A DNA stretch of 64,000 nt from Sphaerodactylus townsendi. Its lineage: Eukaryota. The stretch lies in assembly GCF_021028975.2 (NCBI RefSeq), contig NC_059425.1:125240001-125304000 (forward strand), read 5' to 3'. A program made the translations under genes and the position numbers. A model generated the notes under the pieces. That model worked only from the letters and a program-made list of their open reading frames with translations, was not told where the DNA came from and searched no databases. This document shows, one piece after another, positions 51,767 to 64,000 of the stretch (position 1 is its first letter; each line of letters begins with the position of its first letter).

Positions 51767-54700
51767 TGATTGCTAAACTGCTCTCTATCAAAGAACCAAC
51801 ATCTTAAAATACAATAAAAATTCCATTAATGTCAGCAATGACTGAAAAAATAAAAAGGGAATGCTGAATAAATAAATAACAGCAGTACCCTTAATTTAAA
51901 AACCACCAATGAAAACTGAATACAGGTAAAAAGCCAAGTTCTGTAGTTGAAGGTTTGAAGCAAGAATTACTGAAGAAATAGCAGGAATAAAACAATATAG
52001 GAAGTTTAACTTAGCAAAAGGCTTGGGAAACACAAAATGTCTTTGCTTGATGCCCAGATGGCAGCAGATTTAGTGCCATGTGAATTCCATACGTGTGTGG
52101 GAGGCATTCTAAAACTGCTGTGTGTAGCAGTCACAGGGGTTTTTTTTAAAGAAAATATTGGTGAAGGAGAATCTCTGAGGTTCATTTTCTTTTGTATGGC
52201 TGAAGATGATCTATCAAAATAACTCAGTCCTGGACAGTTTAATAACCAAGTCTTTGAATTATACTAGGAAGTTAATTGGTAGCCTGTTAGATCTCTTGAA
52301 ACCAGACAAGACATGATTCCTCTTAACTCACACTAGATCTTACTGATGCAGTTTTTGACATGGTAAAGACATATCTGAAACTGCTCTTGGATCACTGCTG
52401 GTAATGTACTGATTAGACACCACATGCAAAGTGAAGAAAAGTAATCATTTCATATTGAATTCAAATTGCAATGTAAATTATGATGACATAATAATGCTAG
52501 TAAAAAAGCAACATAGCAAACTTTCTGTGTAGATGATTATACCCTACATGTTGATTTTATAATCACTTTGTAGCAGCTGGAGTTCAGTCATTTAAATCAC
52601 CTATTGCTCTGATGCAAGGCTATTGTTCCATTAAGTTGCAGCTCAATAGTTCCTTCAACTCTAATCTTGCAAATCAGACAAAGCTCAGCAATGCAGATAT
52701 GTCAAAAATGTCCTTACCCTTTTGCCATTCCCAGTAGGCCTTATGCTTGAAAATAATTTGTCAACTTAGTTCACAGATGTTGGGCAAACTGTGGAAACCT
52801 CACTGTGAAGGGCTTAGTGCACATGAATAAAAACAGAAGGAAGTAACACAGTTCAACAAATAGCAGCTAATGGTTGATGGTAGGCTGTTCGTGGTGTATA
52901 ACTGAGATATTCAGAAATATAATACATATCAGATTGCATGAGCACACTGCTGTTCGTAAAAATTATTATCTTATAAAAAATCAAATCCTTTTCTTTCAGT
53001 GAATGGAACAGTAATTGGGTCTGGGAAGGTAGTGTTTGCTTGGGAGTGGTTTTTTTCTTTTGATAGTATAAAGAAATAGCTTCTGTAAATCTTTAAGCAA
53101 TGTGACCAATTAGGAAATTTATCTTCAGTAGTAAATATTTTCATGTCCAGTGGTTTATAGATATTAAAAATATGGCATCTCAGTGCACAGTTCATACATT
53201 TTTGATCTGTTTTTTTACGTGCTTCCATAAAAAATATGCAGTTGAGAGCAGTGAGGTAGCCTCCAACCTCCTATAAATATATCTTAGCTCAATGGACCAG
53301 AAAGCAGGTGAACGATTTTGGAAGACCTCCTACTGAGTAAACCTCTCTAATAGAATGCAGGGAAATATGTCTGTCTTTTACTGTCAGTATGCTGATTATA
53401 GATAGCCTCAGAGGCTCAATGAGGGCAAATAAAATTAAATTCTTTTTTTGTATAAGCCAGAAGAATAAGCCAATACTCCTGGTAAATGCTAGTGGTCACA
53501 GTACAATCTCCCTGTTCCTCTGATGAAAGCAATCTCTCGCCCCTCTTCTCTTTTTTGCGTGTCCCTTTCCCCACTTGAAATCATGATTTTTCCCCCTTGT
53601 ATAGACAGTACAATCCACAAGGGGGGCAAAGGGCTATGCAGATGGCATAAGCTCACTGCTAGCAAAAATACTACTTTGCCAGTGTAAGTGCACTTACACC
53701 AGTTTACAGCAGCACAGGTGCGTCTGTGCTGAGGAGCAGCACAGAAGCACAACACAAGGCCCCCGGTACAGCCATGGCAGCTTTGTCACAGGGGCTCACA
53801 CTAGCACCCAAGGGGGCAAGTCCACACTGGGGTCAGTGTTGGTCAGCTCCCTATGCCCTTTTTTAGCCAGAAATGCACACTTTGTCCAGTGCAATGTTAA
53901 ACCTGGGGCACAGCCCATTGGGCTCTATAATAAGCAGTTTCAATTTCCTTCCCCCCCCACCTCCCTTGGTGCAGCCCTGTCCACAAGATGCCAAAGTGCT
54001 TAGAATGCCAACTAGCCCCCAGAAAGGCCCCTCGTGCTGGCCAGACATACCGCTGAACCCCCTGTCATTTAAAAAAAACATGCCATAATCCACAAAACCC
54101 CACAAGGTTGGCGATGTGGCACAATATGTTGCTTGACAGCTCCCTGTCATGGAGATTTAGAGTGAGCAGGGTGGAACTTATGGTGGCAGACAGAGCACAA
54201 GGTGAGCACTTTGAACAACAGGGATCTCAATTTCAACAAAAAATAAACCAGGGTAGCAAAAGTCACATACCCTATGGCTGAGCTTTCCCATCCAAACTGC
54301 ATTCCAGATACAATAGCTGCAATGGTAGGTGACCACCAGCCAGTCCACCTATTCCTTAAGACTATGACTCACTATTCAAAGAGTACTGCCCCCACCTGGC
54401 TCATGCAACCTCCTTCCAGCATTCATTGTGGTCCTTTACATGTGGGATTGACCAGCCCTTTTGAGGTGCAGCAGCTGTCATGGCACTACTGGAGCTATGG
54501 GAGAAAGCCAGTACCTTTATATCATCATGGGTCAAGGGGGAGACTGGCAGTCACCATCCCTAGTTGCCCACAACTGCAGGGACAATGGACACTTCATCCC
54601 AGGCAGGGACATACAGGTGCTCAATTGTTTTTGAGCTTGGAGTGGGGACTCCCAAGGGCATGGAGGCATGGGAACACACATCAGATCAGATGTTACATTC

Positions 54701-55509
54701 CCATATACAGTTCCTGTGGCTGGACTCTGTTAAATAATTCACATTTTGCCAACAGACAACTCCCTCTGGCAACAGTTGGCTGCACATGTGTGTCACCCAA
54801 CTTCTCATTGATGTGGGTGTTTCAAGCTCCAAAGACATTGTTGCCCCATCTCCTCTTCTGGAGAGTTTCTATTTCCTGGTACAAAGAAGAAACATTCTGT
54901 GGGGGATAGCGACTACTTGATGGAAGGTAGCTGCAGATATTATCCCTTCACAGTGGGATATCTCTTTGGTGACTGAAGGCTCACCCTGGCCACCTGCAGG
55001 ACCAAGCCATCATGTATAGAGCCCTCTCCCACGTCCCCACTGGCAGTACCACTTTGACCTGCCCAGGGGAGTTGCCTTATCAAATGTGACCATACTCCCA
55101 GGTCCAGTGTTGACCCCTCCCTCCCCTGCATGGCTATGGTCCCTGGTGTTCTGGCAGGGCCTGTCTGCTCGGGATATTGCCCTCCCCCACCCTAGGTTTT
55201 CCTCTCAAGTATTGCTTAAGGTTTTTGCCTAATCCATCCTCCTCCCCACCTGTGGGCTGGTTTAGACATCTTGCTCCTCCCCATTCTTCTGATTCCCTGC
55301 TGACTGTTGGTCAACCTGCTGGTTATTGTCCCAGCTCCTTCCTCTCTACACTAACAGTCCTTTGCTGATGGTCCTTTTTGCTGGTGTTGCTTTTTTGTTG
55401 CTGCCTGGAGCACAGCTAATCCCTTAAGAGGCACCTCACTATGCCATTGCTGCACTGTCCCCAGCCACCATGCAGCTGTACCCCCTCCCCAGGATTGTGC
55501 TACCCATCC

Positions 55510-57720
55510 ATTTCATAACTCTTAAACTGCAATTTAAATTCTCGAGTGTCTTTAATAAAACGGCCAGGCTTTATTATCAAATGCTTTTTCATCATCTAGG
55601 AACATGAATAATAATTGCCCCCCTCTTCTCAGTAAAAGCTCACTCCCGCGCTTCATACACATAGAGAGTTTTAGAAATGTGTCTGTGATACTAGTCAAAC
55701 AAAAAATTGCTGACATAGGGAGACAAACAGACTTACAGAAGTGCCCTAAATTCCTTGCACTGGAACATTTAAGATGGCAAGTTAGTACAACACCATACCT
55801 GTTCTTTTTAGGAAACAGCAACACGAGAAGAGCTTTCACATTGGCCAGATGCAATTCTCTTCCCTCCTTACTGCTAGAGGGAAATATAAGAAAGTTCCTT
55901 ACGAAAAAAGGCTTTGCCCCTGCCCCCTAGGCGAAATTGACACTATTGATCATATGTTTTTTAATGCCCCATGTACGAACAGCCCTGAAAGGAAATTCTT
56001 AGTCCTGCCCTGTCTAGCTTAACCAGCCTAAATCACAAACATTTACTGGACTATACATTGTCGGGCAGAAACCAGAAAATCACACAGGAAATGGCCTGTT
56101 TCTGTGCACTTATCTGTAAATATAAAAAGAGATATCCTGTGGCCAAATTGTCAAGGGAAGGGAAGATTAGATCAGCTCGGGTTCAATTAAATGACATGGC
56201 CGGAAGTCCAGCCTTTTAGTCAGTCCTTATAGGCTTCCTTTTTTAGTAAACATTGTATGAGCCTTTTATACTTAAATTTTTATCTCTGCTCCAATCATTG
56301 TATTTTTACTTACTGCATCACAATTTAGGTGTAACGGGATTTCAACCATAAGTCACTGAAATTTTTTTTATATAAATTATTTAATTCCCGCGAACATCCT
56401 CTCCGTCAGCAATATAGACTATGTACTATTTCTGACCTGTGTTTTATTGTTGCTGAATTGTGTATTTTTGTTTTGTTGTTCTGGTCATTGACTGTAAATA
56501 AATGATTTGGATTTGTATTTGAATACTGTCTCCTCCTCCCCCACATACCACAAACTCTATTGAATTAATTACAAATCATGTTTTGTCTTTCATAAACCAA
56601 TTTGGTACAAAGTTAATCTGATCTGTATGAATTCATTTTGTTAGATACTTCTGTAGTCTATCTGACATTATTGAAGTAAAAGGTTTGTAATCCACATTCT
56701 GTAATGAAATAGGTCTATAAGACTGTGTCAATATTGGATCATTGCTTTCTTTATGTATCAGTGTCATGTAATCTTCTTGCCAGGATGAGGGCAATATTAT
56801 CTCTTTGCTTGTTTTGTTCATAATTTTCTGCAAAAGTAATTAGGCCTGAACATCAATGCAAAATATTGGTAAATTCTGGGTTCAGGTGTTTTTAACCTGG
56901 AATTTTTCCAGTAATGCTGAATAAAGCCGATATTCATTGGCTTTATTTGGATATTACTGAAAATACTCAGGTTTTCAGTTTTCCTTCGACCCTCTCCCAC
57001 ACTAGCTCAGCTCTACATGTAGGATTGGGCCATCTCTCCCCCAACTTTTGCTTCCTTGAAAAGCACTGGCAGGGCACAGATCCTGCATGTGATGCTGAGC
57101 CTAGAGAGCTCTCTTTCTCTGCCTCCTCTGCTGTCTCCCACCTGGAAAATGGTAGCAGAGGGGAGGGAAATTTAAAAAGTCAAATAATTGAATGTTATTT
57201 GGCTTTTTCAAGCATATTCGACTTTTTGACTACACCTGGAGTTTTTTTTAATTAGTAAAAAGAAAAAGCTGAAAAAAGCCTACATGGTTTTTTGAGTCTT
57301 TCTGTGATTTGAGTTCACCGAATCACCAAGCCTAGAAGTAATATTATTTTTTTTGACATTTATTTTACATTGCTGTTATGTCCAGTGGGCCTGGATCTTT
57401 GTTTTTTTCAATTTCTTTAAAGTCTGTGATATTTTTTGAATTGTAATAACTTGATTCGATATAGCCCTGAATTCAGACATGAACTTCTCCGTATGTATTT
57501 CTTTTAATACTCTTCTATTCTTTCTTCTATTGCTGAATACTTTTTATATAGTTTTGGAAAAAAAGAGAACAAACTGTTCTTGGTTCTTTTTTGCATGAAA
57601 AATTTGATCACCTTTCTTCAATCCTGCTTTCAACATGCATGAACATATAAAAACGGAATAAAAGAATACAAATTCATTACTCAGGCATTCAAAGCCCTTA
57701 TTAAAGGTGCGCTTTGCAAA
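55510..57720 (-). mobile_element. L1/Tx1-like LINE RT fragments, interrupted by an RTE-X-like insert (~55625-56522) and a probable MITE (~56880-57335)
   Basis: LPSSWQEDYMTLIHKESNDP..QSYRPISLQNVDYK (56633-56833); FLDDEKAFDN (~55560-55600); KDPGP-like (~57385-57400). Confidence 0.65.
55625..56522 (+). mobile_element. RTE-X-like LINE 3' fragment
   Basis: RRAFTLARCNSLPSLLLEG...RLCPCPLGEIDTIDH; AATAAA plus (ATTTGN)n tail. Confidence 0.75.
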
Positions 57721-58371
57721 ATCAAAGGATCATCAATATTAAGAATTTGGGCAAGCTATTGCAAATAGCAAATAAGAATGTATGTGAGATCTGCTTGACG
57801 GTACTACCACCGCTCTTTGAAGCCAATGGCAACATTCCACTGATTTAAAAGAGATTGGATTGCATCTAATTCAATTTGTGGTACTGGATGAATGTCTGTT
57901 ATCTTCTCAAGACCCAAGTGATCCCTTCTGAATCTCCAATTGAGCTCCATATGTATTTGGAATTCTATTTTCCTGCTGTGTCTTTGATGCTTCACATTTG
58001 TTTTAGTAACTGGCAATTGAGTTGGGAATTGCATGGTAAATAAAGTCAAAAATTTAGAGTGAGCTTCTGCAAGCGGAACAATTACATACAGAGGTTCATA
58101 CATCATAGTAACTATTTGGCTTGTATCTGAGAAAGCACATCACAGGTGGTGATTTGCCTCTAGTGTTTCTTTTCATTTAGGCAAGAAACAGCTGGAGTTT
58201 GAAGATTGCTTGTTTCTAATCCATTTGTTTATTGAGTTGACATATTTGACAAAATGTAAAAAAAAAGTTCCATTCAGCCACAGTTCTGGATGTTGCAGTT
58301 ATACACAGGTATATTGAGGATGCAGTTGATCTTGCTTCTGGGGAAACACCCATAGGACTAAGCTGTAGTTT

Positions 58372-58575
58372 TGCTTGTTTTTTTTGCCATCAAGTCACAC
58401 AGAAATTATGGTGACCCTCATGGGGTTTTCAAGGCAAGACATGTTCAGATAAGGTTTGTCATTGCCTTCTAGAGTGATCCTGATATTTCTTGGTGTTCTT
58501 CTATCCAAATTCTGACCAGGGCCTACTCTACTTAGCTTCCAAGATGAGGCTGACTTGGGCTATCCAGTTCAAGAC
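58372..58575 (-). mobile_element. 5S rRNA-derived SINE (5S-Sauria-like)
   Basis: Reverse complement GGAAGCTAAGTAGAGTAGGCCCTGGTCAGAATTTGGATAG plus CTTGCCTTGAAAACCCCATG tail. Confidence 0.7.
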
Positions 58576-59739
58576 ATCTAGCATAGATATGTTGTATGGA
58601 GTACTCAGGCCAGCTTTGCTCATGGCTCTATGTATCTGTGTTGGGTGGGAGAGAGGATTGCATTCTTAGAAAATAGCACTGGCATTTTATGACCAATTCC
58701 AAGTCAGCATGAAGGCAAGAGTGGAAATAAAAGGAAAGTTTCGGTGTAAAAAAGCCTATTACTACATGAGCTTGTACAACAAATGAGAACATAAAACAAT
58801 ACATGTAAGGTCTAAAGGGCACATTCACCTATTTAAGCATGTGAGGAGGTACACATTCAACATAATTAGGCACCTAATTGAGCTCCACAATATAGCTAAT
58901 GTATTTTCATGCATAAGGGGCTATGATTTATTTACAAGGCTTTGCTGTTGTTTAACAATAGTTGGTAGAAATCAAATTATCAAGTATATCTGATTTAGAA
59001 ATAATTATTTCTAAAAATCACTCCTGCTATAGAGACAATTTCATTTTTTTCCCTCAATGGCATTTAACTATTTGTTCATCATCAGAATTCTCCCCCCTTG
59101 CCAAAGCCACCCCCCAGACTTACCCAGAAGTTACAGGGCATTTTCCTGGAAACCTATTATGGCAACAGAGAAGCCCACCATGACAGCAGCAACAATGCAG
59201 TTTGGGCCCTTTAGGATCCTCATGCATCTGCTGCCAGCAGTGATCAGCGGTCTAGCCTTGCAATGGGCTGGGAAAAGAGCTGAAGGTGCAGTTTAGGGTT
59301 CTAAGTCAAATCTTCTTTACTCTTGTGAAGCTTAAGGGAGCTGATTGGGCAATTGTGACCTGCTGCATTGGCCTTTTTAAAGGGCTTAGAAGCATTGAGG
59401 AAGAGGTTGCTCTCTCTGTCTCCCTCGACTGTGTAAGAAAGTAGAGAGAAATAGCAACCAGATGCTGCAAACCTCCTCCAGCTCTGCATACCACAGATAC
59501 TGGCATGACTGATGAGGCAGTTTCTAATAGTCAGGGGCATGGACACTCCTAATTTGCACAGTAACATAAGAGTTAAACTACATGTTGTGTGTGACATGTT
59601 GGGACCTTGAAAGTGTTCTGTTGCTCTGTTCATCTATGAGGGGCTTGAAAAGAGAGAGGGGATGTGTTTTCTGTTTCTCTCCCATCCCATTTTCACCAGC
59701 AGAAACAGCCAGGGGTTGGGGGTGTCCCCATTTTCTTTT

Positions 59740-60250
59740 TCCATGTGAAAGCTACGTAACTAGAATTCTATTCCCTATTTTGCCCAGGGTGGGAATTCAT
59801 TGTCCTGAAATTGTTAATGAATTCTTGCTCAGCTATTTCCCATTGTAATCTCCCTGTGAATATTCTCTGTAGGAGAATTGTTACTCTTAGGTCAGCAATT
59901 GAATGTCCTGGAAAATTAAAAATGCAGAAGTAAAATTTATTAACTGGTCCTGGGACTAAATATGGACACAAGATTAACTACAGATGCTAATTTTCCGCCT
60001 GTCCTATCTCTGCATATTTCCTTGTTCTGCAATGTTTCACCTTATACTTCTGCATTGTGACTTCATCTGGCCCTTCTTAGCAACATCTTTCCCAACTTTT
60101 GACCTGGATATAAGGACTGATGAATCTTCATTCTTATATATCTGACAAAGAGAGCTTTGACTAATGAAATTTCATATCTTGGAAAATGTTGTTGGTCACT
60201 GAGATTCTACTGGACTGTTACAGCAGACTAAGATGGGTACAAACCTGAAA
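59740..60250. mobile_element. Penelope-like element remnant: GIY-YIG C-terminus (-) and pseudo-LTR (+)
   Basis: HSIADLRVTILLQRIFTGRLQWEIAEQEFI..PGQNR; degenerate CTGAnnA..GAAA motif at 60142-60169. Confidence 0.65.
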
Positions 60251-62312
60251 CTGTTATCTAACAATACACCATCATTAAATCCACATCAAAATAATTCCTA
60301 TTAATTATCAGGGTTGTCTGAAATTGGAAGAAAATGCAGATTTTTGAAGATAACATTGAACTTAGATTATTATTATTTTTTAAAAAAATCTAGCTGTTAG
60401 CATACAGATGCATGCATGTCACAAACAGGGTGTATTCAGGTTTTTTTTACCGATCATTTCCTGACTCCAGCTTGTGAGCTTTTGTTTCCCCATAGAAAGA
60501 ACCCTTGACTAAACTATAGAAACATATTGGTTTAAACATTTCAAAGGTGACCTCAGCACCATAGGTGCTTAGTATTTGCAATAACAGCTTTAAGAGATCC
60601 TGGTGAAAGTTTACTCTTTCCATCTTTGGAGATCATCATGTGCGGGTATTTTTCTACTTTGTAGTTCTTGGCAGCTTTTCTTTTTTAACCAGAGGTTTCA
60701 AAGGTCACTTTCCAACCCAGATGGGGGTCAGTAAGGTTACGCATATGACTTTTAAAAGTAGTTTGTCCTCCCATTTCCTTTTATAACATCCTAAGTTTCC
60801 ACTAAGTAAAAGCTGAGAAGGAAACTTTGACAAACTAATTTCCTTGCTGGTGTGCTATTATCTTCTTTTATTTTGGTCACTGCAGAATTATTCTATCACA
60901 AAAATGCATATGAAACAGAATTTATGAATCAGGTCAACAATCAGAAGATATTGAATCCAAGTTAAGTTAACCAAAATAAACATTGTATAGTTAATGTACT
61001 GAAGTTCGAACTGAACTTTAATAATAGTACACTTTTTCCCTTGTGTTAATTTTATCAGTTATTTATCTGTTATTTTACTTAATCTTTAAAATTAAGTAAA
61101 ATAACATATCTTCACAGTCTGAATGTTTCAGGGGATGTTAATTGGTTGGATCCAGCAAAAGGATTGTTGATCTCCCTTGCTTTCCTCTGCCACCTCCCAT
61201 TTTTCCTTTGATTCCGGGAAAATGTATTTCCAGGCTGATTGGACCCATGTGGAGTAACAGCAATGTGGGTAGATGTATTCTGGAGAGGGAGGAGGGAAAT
61301 CCTTATTCCTTGTCTATCAGTAGAACTCTGCTCTGGAAAAAGGCAAGAGAGGATGATTTTACCATCTTGCTTCTGCCACATCAGTCTTCTGATTCCTGTG
61401 GTTATTACTCTATTTATGTCCGAACCCTGGGAATTAACTTTCTTGAAGTCAGCAAGAATTATTAGGGGAGGGGAAAATTGAAGATTAGCAACTTGTAACA
61501 CTTTTTATGATGGATCACAGATTCCAACCTAATATGCATTTGTTTTCAAGTCCAGAAAAGCGGCAGTTATTAACCTAATCTTTGGTAGTCAGCTGAGTGG
61601 GAAATTTACTAATAGTTGCCAATATAGTGTGTTTCCACATTCCCCCCCCCCCAAAAAAAAACAGGTTGTAATGATTGAACACCTCTTTTTCTGTGTTCAA
61701 AAGGCCAGTTTCATTTTAGGAGCTGGGGCAAGTCATGTAAGGCTCAAGCCATGAGGGAAATCTTGCCAGTTTCACTTGCCTAAATTATTACTGGGTCCAT
61801 CTGGTGTGTCTGTGAGTTTTTTAAAGAGAGCTCCTGAATCCCTGACAAAAGGGAGAGTTGGAAAGAATCTGATCTGCATCAGCAGATGGATGAGAGAGAT
61901 TAATATTGTCATGCTGTCTTCTTTGTGATACATTTGCGTGAGGGGAAGAAGGCCATATAAGAGACAGCCCCATCCACTTCTCTTTTTTACACCCACCAAG
62001 GGATACAAAGGTTAACATGAGTAACTGAGCTGGGGTGTATGTAAACAAAAGAATATGGGAGGACATTTATTGACAGATTATATAATGAGGTATTCCAGAT
62101 ATGAGCTTGAGCTGCTTAGAGATTGCAATGAAGGGTATCTAGCTGCATAAGCTCTTAGCTTTATTAATAGTAAGATTAATAATTAACAATGATAGCCATT
62201 TTGCATTGGGGCAATGGTACCACTTCACAGGACTACCTCTGAAAGAGACCTCTTCCTTTATGAAAACCAAGTTATCTTTTAAATAATGCATACATTTTCT
62301 TTGTCCTCATTT

Positions 62313-62490
62313 CTTTATATCCCACTTTTCTGTCGAGTTGAGACTCAAAGTAGCATAGAGCACTGTTTTACCCCTCCATATTCTTACAATTCTGTGAAAT
62401 AGGATGACTCAGAGTTTTTGATAGGTCCTGGGTCTCCCAGCAAGCTTTCATGGAAGAAGATTGAAAAATCCAGATCTTTCAGGATCTGCT
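62313..62490 (-). mobile_element. Degenerate Squam3-like SINE
   Basis: TTTATATCCCACTTTTC...GACTCAAAGTAGC tail similar to 6194-6460. Confidence 0.45.
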
Positions 62491-62939
62491 TCCTAAGCAA
62501 CCTTATTTTTGGCCCAGTTAACAAGGCCCCTAGCTTATATATAATGTTAAAAAAAATAATGTGATCAGCAGAATAATGTGATCCATATAATGAGCCATTG
62601 AAGAGTAAAAGGTGTAGGCCCAACCAATCAGGATGAGCGAAGTACCTAGGAGATCTCACGTGTCAGATATCTGACTGACAAGGCCTCTAGTTTTCATGAT
62701 GATGATGATAATGATGAGAAGGAGGAGGATGAGGAGGAGGATGAGGAGGAAATCTTTTAGGTAATTGGCTGATCAGTCCTATGACATTAGTCATGTTTTG
62801 CTGGGAACCATTATTTATCTGTTCATAGCCAATTCTACTCAGCTTCCCTTCCAAAAATAAATGCAAAGGTATCCATTCATACATAGGACTGGAAAGCTTG
62901 CCTTTGGATGGCAATATTGTAAGTAAAAAGAGTTTCATT

Positions 62940-63120
62940 TGACTCTCTTGTCCATGCATGATTGCACATGAAGCTGAATACTCATTTCACTGATTTCGGA
63001 AAAATGGAAGACTGAGTCAACCTGGAGCCAGCTATCTGAAACCAACCTCTGTTAAGATCGGACACAGGCCAGGAGCAGAATTTTGACTGCTGTACTACAA
63101 CTTACCACCCTGTATTATGG
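62940..63120 (-). mobile_element. Sauria-SINE-like fragment
   Basis: ATGGAAGACTGAGTCAACCTGGAGCCAGCTA...GACTGCTGTACT...CTTACCAC matches recalled Sauria SINE motifs. Confidence 0.6.
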
Positions 63121-64000
63121 AAATCCTTGATTGTTCTAAATAAGCTCATGTAATGTATATGGTTTGTCTTGATCCCATTGGTAAAAAAAAGAGAGTATTA
63201 TGCATTCTAATTATTTGAGTAAGTGACGTGCCAAGTACAAGCCATACACACAAGATAATTTTTTACAACTTTGTCCCATGTGTCTATGTACATTAATAAA
63301 GCCAACTAGTGCCCAGGGGAGAAGACAGATCCACAAGCAACTGAACTTAGAGGGGGAAGAATTTTCCCAGCATGCCCACCAACTGTGAACAAGTTCAGGG
63401 ATCACACAAAATAGTGCAGCAAACAGAGTCTCACACCAGTCTCTGGTGGTCTTGGGTCAGATCACAATTCTGCCATGAAACTCAGTATGTGACTTTGGGC
63501 TAGTAATGGGCTTATATCCCACTATTTGGTTTTGAAGACTTTAGGGCATTTCTGTCTTTGCAGCAGACAAGATCATTCTACCAGTTCCTCTCTCTTACTG
63601 GCGGTCTCTTACTTGGCTGCACGTAATGTTCCTGAGGATTAGCTGACCCACAGGAACAAAATTTGGGTGGGGATCCAGTAGGCTGTATCAGAAAATGGCA
63701 ACATGAAAGTTCCACTCTGCAAAGTTCACTCAGCAAGCAAATGCAATTGGCTACAAGCTAATAACTCTAATCATAACCTACCTTCTACTGTGAGCATAAA
63801 ATAGAGAATAGAATTGTGTGGGCTCCCTGAGCTCCTGTGAAAAAGATGGGCACAAAAAGTGCCATAAATATACATATAAATGTCATAAATGACTATAATT
63901 GTTTTGAGCTTCAGATTACATGAATGAGCACTGAACTTCAGTGATGCATCACTTTTGGAAGACAGACAGTATGGATAGACAATGTAGGTGAAATCAGTGT

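Noticed and set aside
51318-51791. Poly-Ile and poly-Asp ORFs
   Set aside because: Translations of the (ATC)n microsatellite
53590-55500. GC-richer block with a 211-aa ORF (54274-54909) and CAATCC/GGATTG-like ends
   Set aside because: Likely an old non-autonomous DNA element; no transposase or env motif can be supported
57804-58106. 100-aa ORF with a protein-like C-terminus
   Set aside because: No convincing splice sites and no recognised homology
61112-61501. 129-aa ORF and overlapping + ORFs
   Set aside because: No recognisable domain and weak splice signals

Overview
Eukaryotic, AT-rich, CpG-depleted vertebrate DNA that looks intronic or intergenic and is dominated by transposable elements. 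The SINE/MITE repertoire (Sauria-like, 5S-Sauria-like and Squam3-like SINEs, CR1, L2, R4/Dong) points to a squamate reptile, probably a lizard or gecko (inference). No host protein-coding gene is recognised; there is one plausible 93-nt symmetric exon at 42139-42231 (-). The main elements are: (1) a 5'-truncated Ngaro/DIRS-type tyrosine-recombinase (YR) retrotransposon at ~10.4-13.95 kb with RT, RNase H, YR and an open SGNH/GDSL-hydrolase ORF, plus a second diverged remnant at ~48.4-49.5 kb (-); (2) four RTE-X-like LINE copies, three with clean TSDs, one 5.2 kb long; (3) RTE, CR1, L1-like, L2, R4/Dong-like and Penelope fragments; (4) many hAT- and PIF/Harbinger-type MITEs, several with long internal palindromes. 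Most interesting signal: in both YR-retrotransposon copies the recombinase stop codon sits in a branch-point-like motif followed by a pyrimidine tract and CAG directly ahead of the hydrolase ORF. This suggests the hydrolase is expressed from a spliced subgenomic mRNA, the way retroviral env is. Family names come from motif recognition only; no database searches were run.
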